Shown: one piece after another, positions 1-8,475 of the stretch
Layout of the letters: every line of letters begins with the position of its first letter
Numbering within the stretch: the first letter of the stretch is position 1
Source of the DNA: Candidatus Omnitrophota bacterium
Lineage (GTDB): Bacteria > Omnitrophota > Gorgyraeia > Zapsychrales > Zapsychraceae
Length of the DNA stretch: 64,000 nt
Direction of reading: 5' to 3'
Assembly: GCA_029261055.1 (NCBI GenBank)
Contig: JAJDCA010000014.1
Coordinates: forward strand, 207,984 to 271,983
The notes under the pieces: generated by a model
What the model was told of the DNA's origin: nothing
Databases searched by the model: none
Seen by the model: only the letters and a program-made list of their open reading frames with translations
Position numbers and translations under genes: made by a program

Positions 1-161
1 CTTTCCTTAAACCTATGGCTTTGGCTATTGTCTGGGGTCTTTTGTTCGCGACAGGCATCACGCTTATTGCGATCCCCTGCATTTACGCTATCTTGGATGA
101 CATTACAACCTTATTTTTTCATCGTTCCATGGTCAAAAAGAATTCTTGGCAGAAGGATTAA
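1..161 (+). CDS. 3' end of a gene truncated by the window edge; C-terminal fragment of an integral membrane transporter (RND/MMPL-like last TM helix)
   Basis: Frame 3 is open from nt 3 to TAA at 159-161 and translates to FLKPMALAIVWGLLFATGITLIAIPCIYAILDDITTLFFHRSMVKKNSWQKD. This is a hydrophobic helix plus short polar tail typical of RND permease C-termini. The 85-aa frame-1 ORF in the track (28..285) has no such character. Confidence 0.35.
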   Translation, partial: FLKPMALAIVWGLLFATGITLIAIPCIYAILDDITTLFFHRSMVKKNSWQKD

Positions 162-370
162 TTGTATGCCATACTTTAAGTACAGAAATGAGGCGATGCC
201 TCGTTTTGTGATGTACATAATTAAAGGTAAACCATTTGTGAGAATGGGACACAAAGTCATGGATCCTAAACCCGGCAAGGTTTAAGACGGCCAGACTGCC
301 GCAACAATGCGTTAAATTAATGATCCCATTTCGTGAATATGAAATGGGATTTTTTTGTGGGGAAAAGACA

Positions 371-1483
371 ATGAAAAAAATAGGAAAGTTGCTATTAACA
401 ATAGGATTTATTTTAATGTTACAGCCGACGAATTTGCTTTTAGCCGGATCCAATTCTTTTACGCTGCAAACATATTACCCGGCCCCTTATGGTGCGTATG
501 ACCAGCTTATGCTTGTTCCGCGTACAGGTGTGCCATCAGCAGGGTGTGTTACGCATACTTTGGGGATGATGTATGTTAATGATGCCGACAACATCCTTAG
601 GGTCTGTCAGGATGATGGGACAGGAAATCTGAATTGGTTTGCCATGGCGAGTTGGGATTTTAACAGTAGTAATAAGACTCTGACATTAAGTGCTTTTGAT
701 ACGAAAGTTGGTATTGGAACGGTAAATCCTGAGACGACTTTACAAGTAGGTGAGGCCATAAAATTTAGTAATGTTGACGATCCTACCAAAGATCCGGATA
801 TTGAGTTTATGGGTTCTGCTTCGATTGTATCTGAAGGCGATTTACATTTAATAGTTGATGCAAATAATGATTATTCCGGTAATGGCGGGTTAATTATTGG
901 TAAAGATTCTTACACAACAAATGGGACTTTTAAAGAGTTAATGCGTGTGACCGATAATGGGAATGTTGGAGTTGGTGTAGATGATCCTACTGAAAAAATG
1001 GAAGTGGATGGGGGCATAAAAGGTAGACGAGTGACTGCTACTGAAGGCGTAGTCGTGGGGAATGTCACGAATCCTGTTGCAGGTGCTATTCGATTTAATG
1101 GGAGTGATTTTGAAGGTTACACGGGAACAAGTTGGACATCTTTGACGATGAGTAGTGGTAATTCTACTGAGATTACAGGAAATAACCCTACTTGTCCTAC
1201 GGGTACTATTGAAATTCAACGTAATTGGATTTCAAAAATATGTAGTAATCAGGATAAAGATCGATTTGGGCGCACGATGATGGATTGTCCTTCTCGATGT
1301 TCGGAGGGATCAAGGTCTGGTGAAATTCGCGCAGATTTTAGTTGTACAACAGGAGGTGGGTGGCAAGGTATTAGTAGCATCCCAAGCTGTACTTTTCGTG
1401 CTTGTGATCAAGGTGGAGGTCAATGTTCTCGGAGCCCAGTAGAATGCAATGCGGATGAGTGGAACGCTGTGAGGTGTTTATGA
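371..1483 (+). CDS. secreted hypothetical protein with tail-fibre-like Gly/Thr repeats and a Cys-rich C-terminal domain
   Basis: ATG at 371 gives MKKIGKLLLTIGFILMLQPTNLLLAGS (signal peptide). Internal motifs VGIGTVNPETTLQVGEA and VGVGVDDPTEKMEVDGG resemble phage tail-fibre/adhesin repeats. The last ~100 aa contain about 11 Cys. Confidence 0.6.
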   Translation: MKKIGKLLLTIGFILMLQPTNLLLAGSNSFTLQTYYPAPYGAYDQLMLVPRTGVPSAGCVTHTLGMMYVNDADNILRVCQDDGTGNLNWFAMASWDFNSSNKTLTLSAFDTKVGIGTVNPETTLQVGEAIKFSNVDDPTKDPDIEFMGSASIVSEGDLHLIVDANNDYSGNGGLIIGKDSYTTNGTFKELMRVTDNGNVGVGVDDPTEKMEVDGGIKGRRVTATEGVVVGNVTNPVAGAIRFNGSDFEGYTGTSWTSLTMSSGNSTEITGNNPTCPTGTIEIQRNWISKICSNQDKDRFGRTMMDCPSRCSEGSRSGEIRADFSCTTGGGWQGISSIPSCTFRACDQGGGQCSRSPVECNADEWNAVRCL

Positions 1484-1508
1484 TTGGTGTGAAACAAGAT
1501 GGCTGCTT

Positions 1509-1940
1509 TTATTTTTTTTCAAAGACATACCGGTATCCAGCCACATAAGCTGGGACATAGAGGGACAGCACGCCGAATAATCCAATGAAGGCAATCTTGG
1601 GGGACGAATACATCATGGCGATGAACGAGTTCCATTCATAGCCGTGTCCGGTCATATCAAAAAATATTTTTAGAAGAAGGAAATATTTCCAAAATTTTGT
1701 GGGAAATACTCGCCAGCGGTAGACATACATTCCTAATAATAGGCAATGCAATAAACTCATGAGGAGCTGTGTAAAATTGACAAAGTAAAAAAAGTAATGG
1801 GCTTTACTAAATGAACATAAGATGGAAAAAAAAAGGTAAACGTGGGATTGCGGTGAGAAAAAATCAAACACTCTATTCAAAGTGAAAAATAAAATAAGCA
1901 AGAAATAAATTTCAAATGGCCAATTCTTTTTTGAAAGCAT
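1509..1940 (-). CDS. hypothetical aromatic-rich integral membrane protein
   Basis: It is the only long ORF in a 700-nt gap between + strand genes. The product is strongly hydrophobic with several predicted TM segments (FLLILFFTL, LYVPAYVAGY). No recognisable family. Confidence 0.35.
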   Translation of the reverse strand: MLSKKNWPFEIYFLLILFFTLNRVFDFFSPQSHVYLFFSILCSFSKAHYFFYFVNFTQLLMSLLHCLLLGMYVYRWRVFPTKFWKYFLLLKIFFDMTGHGYEWNSFIAMMYSSPKIAFIGLFGVLSLYVPAYVAGYRYVFEKK

Positions 1941-2111
1941 GGGGACATTATGTCAAAGATTTTTAAAAAATCACGTATTATTTAGAAGTTATCTCAAAGC
2001 CTTTTGAGCCTGGTCATGCTAAAAATGTATTGATCAGGATTAAAACTAGATGCTTATTCATTGGGGATTTCTGGAAAATTTCTAGTTAAAACATTTTGAC
2101 GAATAATTTAA

Positions 2112-2139
2112 TTGACAAAAAAATAAAATTTGGCATAAT
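2112..2139 (+). promoter_or_regulatory. sigma70-like promoter upstream of rpsA
   Basis: TTGACA at 2112-2117, 16-nt spacer, cATAAT at 2134-2139. A good SD (AGAGGAAG) precedes the rpsA ATG at 2181. Confidence 0.4.
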
Positions 2140-2180
2140 GGCCGTTCAAAAATTCAAAAAAGAAAAGAGGAAGTAAACTT

Positions 2181-3728
2181 ATGAATCAGGAAAAACAATC
2201 ATTAATGGCAGAGTTGTACAACGAAACCTTTCATGATATCAAAGAAGGGGAGATCGTGAAGGGTACGATCGTTAGTTTGAGTGAAAAGGAGGCGGTGGTT
2301 GACATCGGGTTTAAATCCGAAGGTTTTGTGGCCATGGAAGAATTTCGCAATATTGATGATTTAGATATTAACAGTGAAATCGATGTTTTGGTTGAGTCAA
2401 TGGAAGACGACGAAGGTCGGTTGATTCTTTCGCATCTTAAGGCTGAAAAATTACGCGGCTGGATGAAGTTTGGCGACACGATTAAAGAGGGTGATGATGT
2501 TGAAGGAAGAGTTGTCAAGCAAGTTAAGGGCGGATTCATTATTGATGTAGAAGGCGTAGAAGCATTTCTTCCAATGTCTTTGTCTGCTTTTCGTGGAGTT
2601 GCTCCAAATGAAATTATGACAAGCAAGTACACGTTTCGTGTTGCAAAATTAAATAAAGCACGGCGCAACCTTATCCTTTCCCGTAGGGAAACTTTTCAAA
2701 AGGAAAAATTAGTTCTTCGCGAAAAATTGTGGGGCGAACTGAATAAAAGCGAAAAGCGTGAAGGGGTTGTTAAAGGAATCACAAATTTTGGTGCTTTCAT
2801 TGACTTAGGCGGTATTGATGGTCTTCTCCATATTACGGATATGAGTTGGACTCGTGTGAATCATCCTTCAGAAGTTGTTACTGTTGGGGATAAAATTGAA
2901 GTTATTGTTTTGGATTTTGATAAAGAGCAATCTAAGGTCTCTTTGGGGCTTAAGCAGATTGTGGATAATCCATGGACGAATATTTATGAAAAATATCCTT
3001 CCGGAACAAAAGTTCAAGGGATCATCGTTAATGTCATGCCGTACGGTGTTTTTGTAGAAATTGAGAGAGGGATTGAAGGTTTGTTACATTCTTCCGAAAT
3101 CACCTGGCAGAAAAAATTAGTTAACCCTCAAGAGATGTTTAAGGTTAAAGATACCATCGAGGTGCAGATTATTAATGTGGATCAAGATTCAAAGAGAATT
3201 TCTTTGAGTATGAAACAATTAGAGTCGAATCCTTGGGCCGATGCTGAAAAAAATTATCCTGTTGGGGCTAAGATTAACGGAAAGATTCGTGGATTCACCG
3301 ATTACGGTGCATTTGTTGAATTAGATTCAGGTTTAGAAGGAATGGTTCACATTTCGGATATGTCCTGGACTAAGAAAATTAATCATCCTCAGGATGTCCT
3401 CAAAAAAGGACAGGAAGTTGATGTAGTGGTTTTAGCTGTTTATCCTGAAGATCGAAAGATTAATTTAGGGCTAAAGCAGATGATTGAAAATCCTTGGCCG
3501 AAGTTAGCAGAAAAATACGCTATTGATTTAGTTGCGGAAGCTGAAGTTGTTCTTAATTCCAATTACGGCGTTTTTGTTAAACTGGAAGAAGATGTGGAAG
3601 CCTTGGTGTATTCTTCTGAAATAGACAAAACACAAGCCTCTACCTTAAAGTCTGGTGATAAACTTAAAGTTAAGATTATCAAAGTCGATGTAGAACAAAT
3701 GAAAATCGGCGTTAGTGCCAGACCGTAA
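2181..3728 (+). CDS. rpsA: 30S ribosomal protein S1
   Basis: 515 aa with repeated S1 domains (GxV.G.V....fGaFV.l..gveGLlHiSe motifs). Confidence 0.9.
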   Translation: MNQEKQSLMAELYNETFHDIKEGEIVKGTIVSLSEKEAVVDIGFKSEGFVAMEEFRNIDDLDINSEIDVLVESMEDDEGRLILSHLKAEKLRGWMKFGDTIKEGDDVEGRVVKQVKGGFIIDVEGVEAFLPMSLSAFRGVAPNEIMTSKYTFRVAKLNKARRNLILSRRETFQKEKLVLREKLWGELNKSEKREGVVKGITNFGAFIDLGGIDGLLHITDMSWTRVNHPSEVVTVGDKIEVIVLDFDKEQSKVSLGLKQIVDNPWTNIYEKYPSGTKVQGIIVNVMPYGVFVEIERGIEGLLHSSEITWQKKLVNPQEMFKVKDTIEVQIINVDQDSKRISLSMKQLESNPWADAEKNYPVGAKINGKIRGFTDYGAFVELDSGLEGMVHISDMSWTKKINHPQDVLKKGQEVDVVVLAVYPEDRKINLGLKQMIENPWPKLAEKYAIDLVAEAEVVLNSNYGVFVKLEEDVEALVYSSEIDKTQASTLKSGDKLKVKIIKVDVEQMKIGVSARP

Positions 3729-3830
3729 GTAAAAGTTTGAAATGGTCAGTGTTCAGTGATTAGTGATCAGAATTATGATTGTAAAGGTAATTTGACCACT
3801 GAAAATTGAGCGCTGACTACTTTTTTTATT

Positions 3831-4994
3831 ATGACCCCCAAAGAAACTATTCAAGAAATTTCCCGCGGAACGACTGAGATTATTAGTCTAGATAATCTTG
3901 AGAAAAAAATTTGTGCCAGTCAAAAAAAAGGAAAGCCTCTGCGTATCAAAGCAGGGTTTGACCCCACAGCCCCAGATGTTCATTTGGGTCATGTTGTTTT
4001 ATTGAAAAAATTAAAGCAATTTCAGGATTTAGGCCATGAGGTCATTTTACTCATAGGAGATTTTACGGCGCGTATTGGTGACCCCACAGGGCAAGATCAG
4101 CTCCGGGTTGTGCTGAGTCCGGAAGTTATTACAAAAAATGCAAAGACATATCAAGATCAGGTTTTTAAAATATTAGATCCAAAAAAGACTAAGGTTGTAT
4201 TTAATAGTGCGTGGTTGGATGCGTTGTCTTCGCATGATCTGTTACATTTAACAAAATATTCAACGGTAGCTCAAATGCTGGCAAGGGCAGATTTTAAAAA
4301 GCGTTTTGAACAGCAAAGAGAGATTAGCCTTCTTGAATTTATTTATCCTCTTCTTCAAGGGTATGATTCTGTGCATTTAAAGGCCGACGTTGAATTGGGT
4401 GGATTAGATCAAAAATTTAATCTTTTGATGGGGCGTCAATTGCAAGAAGTTTTTGATCAGGAGCCGCAAGTTGTCATTATGACCCCGCTTCTTGAAGGGA
4501 CAGATGGCGTCAAGAAGATGAGTAAGTCTTTAGGTAATTACATTGGGATTACAGAATCACCAAAAGAAATTTTTGGAAAGGTGATGTCGATCAATGATAA
4601 TTTAATGATGAAATATTTTGAATATTTAACAGGGTTTAATTTGGATGAAATTAAAGCGTTGCATCCTAAAGAAGCAAAATTGCAATTAGCGCAAGAGTTG
4701 GTAACGCAGTTTTATGATCAACACATGGCATTAAATGCGCGGAAAGATTTTGAAAAAACTTTTTCTCAAGGGCAATCCCCAGAGGAAATGGACGAATATA
4801 CATTGGGTAAAAATGAATGCCCCTTAGGTCAGATTTTATTGGAAAAAGGATATGTAAAATCTATGCGAGAATTTCAACGATTATTTTCGCAGGGTTCTAT
4901 TAGTCATGAAAATAAAAAAATCATCGATGCCCGTTGGGTGCCAGAAAAGGGAGTAGTGAGGATTGGCAAGCGTCGCTTCCTAAGGCTTAAGTGA
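3831..4994 (+). CDS. tyrS: tyrosine--tRNA ligase
   Basis: Class I signature HLGH (DVHLGHVV) and KMSKS (KMSKSLGN). 387 aa. Confidence 0.88.
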   Translation: MTPKETIQEISRGTTEIISLDNLEKKICASQKKGKPLRIKAGFDPTAPDVHLGHVVLLKKLKQFQDLGHEVILLIGDFTARIGDPTGQDQLRVVLSPEVITKNAKTYQDQVFKILDPKKTKVVFNSAWLDALSSHDLLHLTKYSTVAQMLARADFKKRFEQQREISLLEFIYPLLQGYDSVHLKADVELGGLDQKFNLLMGRQLQEVFDQEPQVVIMTPLLEGTDGVKKMSKSLGNYIGITESPKEIFGKVMSINDNLMMKYFEYLTGFNLDEIKALHPKEAKLQLAQELVTQFYDQHMALNARKDFEKTFSQGQSPEEMDEYTLGKNECPLGQILLEKGYVKSMREFQRLFSQGSISHENKKIIDARWVPEKGVVRIGKRRFLRLK

Positions 4995-5054
4995 TATTTT
5001 AAAGTGTTCAAATAGCTTAACTTGTGATCTAAGTAAAAAATCAAAATAAAACGC

Positions 5055-5082
5055 TTGACATAATAAAAAAGGCGGTTATACT
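5055..5082 (+). promoter_or_regulatory. sigma70-like promoter for the tRNA-Thr/rpmG/tRNA-Trp/secE transcription unit
   Basis: TTGACA at 5055-5060, 16-nt spacer, TATACT at 5077-5082. The tRNA starts about 16 nt downstream. Confidence 0.5.
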
Positions 5083-5097
5083 TCTTATATTTATGCT

Positions 5098-5170
<73 letters not shown>

Positions 5171-5212
5171 TAATGAGTTAAGACCAAAATAAACCAATTG
5201 AGAATTTAAATA

Positions 5213-5365
5213 ATGCGTGAACCAATACAATTTCAATGCACCGAATGTAAGCAAATTAATTACAGTGCTACTAAAGATAAAAAGAAAGCGCCTGAAAGAA
5301 TAGAGTTAAAAAAATATTGCAGATTCTGTAGGAAGCACACTCCGCATAAAGAATTAAAGAAGTAG
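5213..5365 (+). CDS. rpmG: 50S ribosomal protein L33 (Cys4 zinc-ribbon form)
   Basis: 50-aa ORF not in the track (<60 aa): [50 protein letters not shown]. It sits in the classic rpmG-secE-nusG position. Confidence 0.8.
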   Translation: MREPIQFQCTECKQINYSATKDKKKAPERIELKKYCRFCRKHTPHKELKK

Positions 5366-5394
5366 TTTGGAGATCAATTTTCTGAAACATAGTT

Positions 5395-5468
5395 AGGCCT
5401 GTAGCTCTAACTGGCAGAGCAACGGTCTCCAAAACCGTGGGTTGTAGGTTCGAATCCTACCAGGCCTG
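5395..5468 (+). tRNA. tRNA-Trp (anticodon CCA)
   Basis: Acceptor AGGCCTG/CAGGCCT, D-arm GCTC-TAACTGGCA-GAGC, anticodon stem ACGGT/ACCGT with loop CTCCAAA, T-arm GTAGG-TTCGAAT-CCTAC. Confidence 0.85.
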
Positions 5469-5482
5469 TAAGATTAAAAAAT

Positions 5483-5665
5483 ATGAAAACTATTAAAAAA
5501 TTTTTTTCAGAAGTTTTTATTGAACTTAAAAAAGTGTCGTGGTTAACCCGGCGTGAATTAATAGATGCAACATGGATAGTTATCATAAGTTCGTTTTTTT
5601 TAGGTGGATTTATAGGGATATCAGATTTTGTTCTTTCAAAATTGTTAGGTCTTATAATAAGATAG
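5483..5665 (+). CDS. secE: preprotein translocase subunit SecE
   Basis: 60 aa with a single C-terminal TM helix, conserved position upstream of nusG. Confidence 0.85.
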   Translation: MKTIKKFFSEVFIELKKVSWLTRRELIDATWIVIISSFFLGGFIGISDFVLSKLLGLIIR

Positions 5666-5675
5666 GGTTCAATTC

Positions 5676-6209
5676 ATGAGTGATATGAAATGGTACATTG
5701 TGCATACGCAAACAGGATCCGAAGAGAAGGCTAAGGCTGGTCTCGAAGGACGGATAGCTACAACTGCATTAAAGCAATATATTGGTGAAGTCGTTGTTCC
5801 AACCGAACAAGTATCTGAAATTCGTGGAGGAAAAAAGAGAATTACTTCACGTAAATTCTTTCCTGGATACATCATTATTAAAATGGATATGAATAAAGAG
5901 AGTTGGTATCTTGTCAAAAGTACACCGGGAATTACTGGATTTATTGGCCCTGGTCGAAAGCCAACGCCCATTTCTGAACAGGAAGTAGAAGATATTGTAA
6001 GGCGGACAGAAGATACAGAGACAAAGCCAACCCCGAAAAAAACATTTGAAATTACTGAATCTATTAGGATCGCACAAGGTCCTTTCGCTAATTTTAATGG
6101 AACTGTTATGGAGATTTATCCGGATAGAGGTAAATTAAAGGTCAGCGTTTCTATTTTTGGTCGATCAACACTCGTCGAATTGGAATACTGGCAAATTGAG
6201 AAATTGTAA
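5676..6209 (+). CDS. nusG: transcription termination/antitermination factor NusG
   Basis: N-terminus KWYIVHTQTGSEEKAK (NGN domain) and a C-terminal KOW motif. Confidence 0.92.
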   Translation: MSDMKWYIVHTQTGSEEKAKAGLEGRIATTALKQYIGEVVVPTEQVSEIRGGKKRITSRKFFPGYIIIKMDMNKESWYLVKSTPGITGFIGPGRKPTPISEQEVEDIVRRTEDTETKPTPKKTFEITESIRIAQGPFANFNGTVMEIYPDRGKLKVSVSIFGRSTLVELEYWQIEKL

Positions 6210-6257
6210 TTATCTTGAAGAATTGCGCAGCAATCAATTCCTAAATTAGGTGAAATT

Positions 6258-6683
6258 ATGGCAAAAGAAGTAGTTGGACAAATTAAATTGTATGTCCCAG
6301 CAGGACAAGCAAATCCTGCGCCACCTGTTGGTCCTGCTTTGGGTCAGCATGGTGTGAACATCATGGGTTTTTGCAAGGCTTTTAATGAAAAAACTAAAGG
6401 AAGAGAAGGTCTTATTCTTCCTGCTGTTATTTCCGTGTATAAAGATAAATCGTTTGATTTTATTATTAAAACCCCACCGAGTTCAATTTTGATTAAAAAA
6501 GTGGCTAATTTAGCTAAGGCCTCAGGTACGGCTGGGAAAGAAACGATTGCAAAGATTACTAAACAGCAAGTGTCTGAAATTGCAAAAACAAAAATGGAAG
6601 ATTTAAACACAACAAGTTTAGATCAAGCTTGCAAAATTATTCAAGGAACAGCCCGAAGTATGGGCATTGAAGTAGAGGCGTAA
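6258..6683 (+). CDS. rplK: 50S ribosomal protein L11
   Basis: Conserved [23 protein letters not shown] motif. Confidence 0.95.
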   Translation: MAKEVVGQIKLYVPAGQANPAPPVGPALGQHGVNIMGFCKAFNEKTKGREGLILPAVISVYKDKSFDFIIKTPPSSILIKKVANLAKASGTAGKETIAKITKQQVSEIAKTKMEDLNTTSLDQACKIIQGTARSMGIEVEA

Positions 6684-6684
6684 A

Positions 6685-7365
6685 ATGGTTAAACTCAGCA
6701 AACGAATGAAAAAAGCTTTTGAATCACTTAATATAGAGAAAACATATTCTCTAGAAGAGGCTATGGAAAGGATAAGCACTTTTCCTAAAGTTAAATTTGA
6801 TGAAACAGTAGAATTGCATTTTTCTCTTTCAAGCAATCCTAAAAATTCTGACCAAATGGTAAGGGGGACAGTTGTTCTTCCTCATGGGCTGGGTAAGGAT
6901 GTTAAGGTTGCTGTTTTTTGTAAAGGGGAAGCTGAACAGAAAGCTAAGGATGCAGGGGCTGATTATGTTGGAAGTAAGGATCTTATTGAAAAAGTTTCAA
7001 AAGGTTTTTTAGGTTTTGATGTTGTTGTTGCCATGCCGGATATGATGCGTGATTTAAGTAAATTAGGTAAAGTATTGGGGCCTCGTGGGCTTATGCCAAC
7101 GCCAAAGGCTGGTACCGTGACGACGGATATTGAACGGGCTATTAAAGAGGTTAAAGCTGGAAAGGTTCAGTTTAAATCGGATAAGCAGGCAGGCATTCAC
7201 CTCGGAATCGGTAAAAGATCCTTTTCTAAAGAAAAAATTCTTGAAAATGCAAAGCATCTTTTAGAGGCTATTAATCATGCGAAACCAATGAGCATCAAAG
7301 GTCATTTAATAAAAAACTTGTCTGTGTCCACAACTATGGGCCCTGGATTGAGGATTGCCATATGA
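6685..7365 (+). CDS. rplA: 50S ribosomal protein L1
   Basis: 226 aa, typical L1 N-terminus (KLSKRMKKA...) and operon position. Confidence 0.95.
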   Translation: MVKLSKRMKKAFESLNIEKTYSLEEAMERISTFPKVKFDETVELHFSLSSNPKNSDQMVRGTVVLPHGLGKDVKVAVFCKGEAEQKAKDAGADYVGSKDLIEKVSKGFLGFDVVVAMPDMMRDLSKLGKVLGPRGLMPTPKAGTVTTDIERAIKEVKAGKVQFKSDKQAGIHLGIGKRSFSKEKILENAKHLLEAINHAKPMSIKGHLIKNLSVSTTMGPGLRIAI

Positions 7366-7883
7366 AGAGAGTAGGTCAAATTTATCGTGAAGATTTTGTC
7401 TCAAAAATAAAAGAAGGGATCGGGAATAATAATGCCTTTCTTTTGAGTCATTCTAATGTCGCTGGAAATCAACTTAGTGATTTTCGAAAAACCTTGAAGG
7501 CTTCAGGAGCAAGGATGAATGCTTCAAAAAATTCGCTTGTACGCATAGCCCTTAAGGATTTAAAATTTGACGCACTTGCAGATAAAGTTGAACGGCAAAC
7601 TTCTGTTGTCTGGAGTGATAAAGATGCCGTAGAGTTGGCAAAAATTTTAGTTAAATTTGAAGAAAGTCTTGATGAGGTTAAAATCCAAGGTGGTATTGTT
7701 GAAGGCGGAGTGCTTGAGCCTGTCGATATTAAAAGATTATCTGATTTACCTTCTCGTGAAGTTCTATTATCTCAACTTTTTGCTGCAATCCAATCACCTT
7801 TGACGCGTTTTGCCACAGCATTGAATGCCAAAACACGAGAATTATTGTCTGTATTAAAACAATTGGCAGATAAGAAAAAATAG
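7362..7883 (+). CDS. rplJ: 50S ribosomal protein L10
   Basis: Operon position between rplA and rplL. The start overlaps the rplA stop (ATGA). Confidence 0.9.
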   Translation: MKRVGQIYREDFVSKIKEGIGNNNAFLLSHSNVAGNQLSDFRKTLKASGARMNASKNSLVRIALKDLKFDALADKVERQTSVVWSDKDAVELAKILVKFEESLDEVKIQGGIVEGGVLEPVDIKRLSDLPSREVLLSQLFAAIQSPLTRFATALNAKTRELLSVLKQLADKKK

Positions 7884-7926
7884 TTTTTTTCTTATCTCTT
7901 AAGTGAAAAAAAAGGAGAAAATTAAG

Positions 7927-8355
7927 ATGTCAGAAGATACAGTAGTGGAAGAAGAAAAAAAAGAACTTTCCCCAAAACTAGAAGAAGTTTTAAAGACTAT
8001 TGAAGGATTAACTGCTCTTGAAATTTCCGAATTAGTTAAAGGTCTTGAGGATAAATTTGGGATTCAAGCAGCTGCACCTATGGCTGCCGGCATGATGATG
8101 CCAGGCGCTGGAGCTGGTGCAGGAGCAGCTGAGGAAGAAGAAAAGACTGAATTTGATGTTGTTCTTACCGAAGTTGGTGCTACTAAAATTGCTGTTATTA
8201 AAGAAGTTAGGGCGGCAACTAATTTAGGTTTGAAAGAGGCAAAGGATCTTGTCGAATCTGCTCCTAAGTCGGTTAAAGAAGGTATTTCTAAGGAAGAAGC
8301 TGAAGAATTGAAGAAAAAACTAGAAGCTGCCGGAGCAAAAGCTGAGCTGAAGTAG
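7927..8355 (+). CDS. rplL: 50S ribosomal protein L7/L12
   Basis: ATG at 7927 with AGGAG 9 nt upstream. Ala-rich hinge and conserved C-terminal domain ([28 protein letters not shown]). The track's upstream GTG start at 7903 is less likely. Confidence 0.93.
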   Translation: MSEDTVVEEEKKELSPKLEEVLKTIEGLTALEISELVKGLEDKFGIQAAAPMAAGMMMPGAGAGAGAAEEEEKTEFDVVLTEVGATKIAVIKEVRAATNLGLKEAKDLVESAPKSVKEGISKEEAEELKKKLEAAGAKAELK

Positions 8356-8396
8356 TTCAATATTGATATTGTAAGGCGATCGAAACATCGTCTAAT

Positions 8397-8419
8397 GAGA
8401 CGTGGCAAAGCCACGTCTC
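8397..8419 (+). promoter_or_regulatory. perfect 9-bp stem-loop in the rplL-rpoB intergenic region (attenuator / RNA processing site candidate)
   Basis: GAGACGTGG-caaag-CCACGTCTC with no following U-tract. A second GTCTCAT copy at 8424-8430 offers alternative pairing with the 5' arm (AATGAGAC at 8394-8401). Confidence 0.5.
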
Positions 8420-8475
8420 TGCAGTCTCATACAACGAAGCCGTAAAGGCCCAATTCAACCCCTCGAGTTAAAAAT

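Noticed and set aside
28-285. 85-aa frame-1 ORF at the window start
   Set aside because: No recognisable features. Frame 3 over the same bases encodes a convincing hydrophobic transporter C-terminus ending at 161, so the frame-1 ORF is most likely non-coding.
133-1219. Minus-strand ORFs 133-453, 607-789 and 938-1219
   Set aside because: Antisense shadows of the transporter fragment and secreted-protein gene; low-complexity translations with no start context.
2231-2668. 145-aa minus-strand ORF inside rpsA
   Set aside because: Antisense to a highly conserved S1 gene; Ser/Thr/Pro-rich junk translation.
3729-3830. Possible T-box or terminator structure between rpsA and tyrS (GGTCAGTG…TGACCACTGA…GAGCGCTGAC+T7)
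   Set aside because: Only about 100 nt and no clean stem or specifier architecture could be built by hand. A T-run is present, but the hairpin is unconvincing.
5676-6209. Overlapping minus-strand ORFs 5669-5971 and 5847-6077 across secE/nusG
   Set aside because: Antisense to conserved nusG; no support.
8064-8414. 116-aa Ala-rich minus-strand ORF over rplL
   Set aside because: Reverse-complement of the Ala/Glu-rich L7/L12 codons; a typical shadow ORF.
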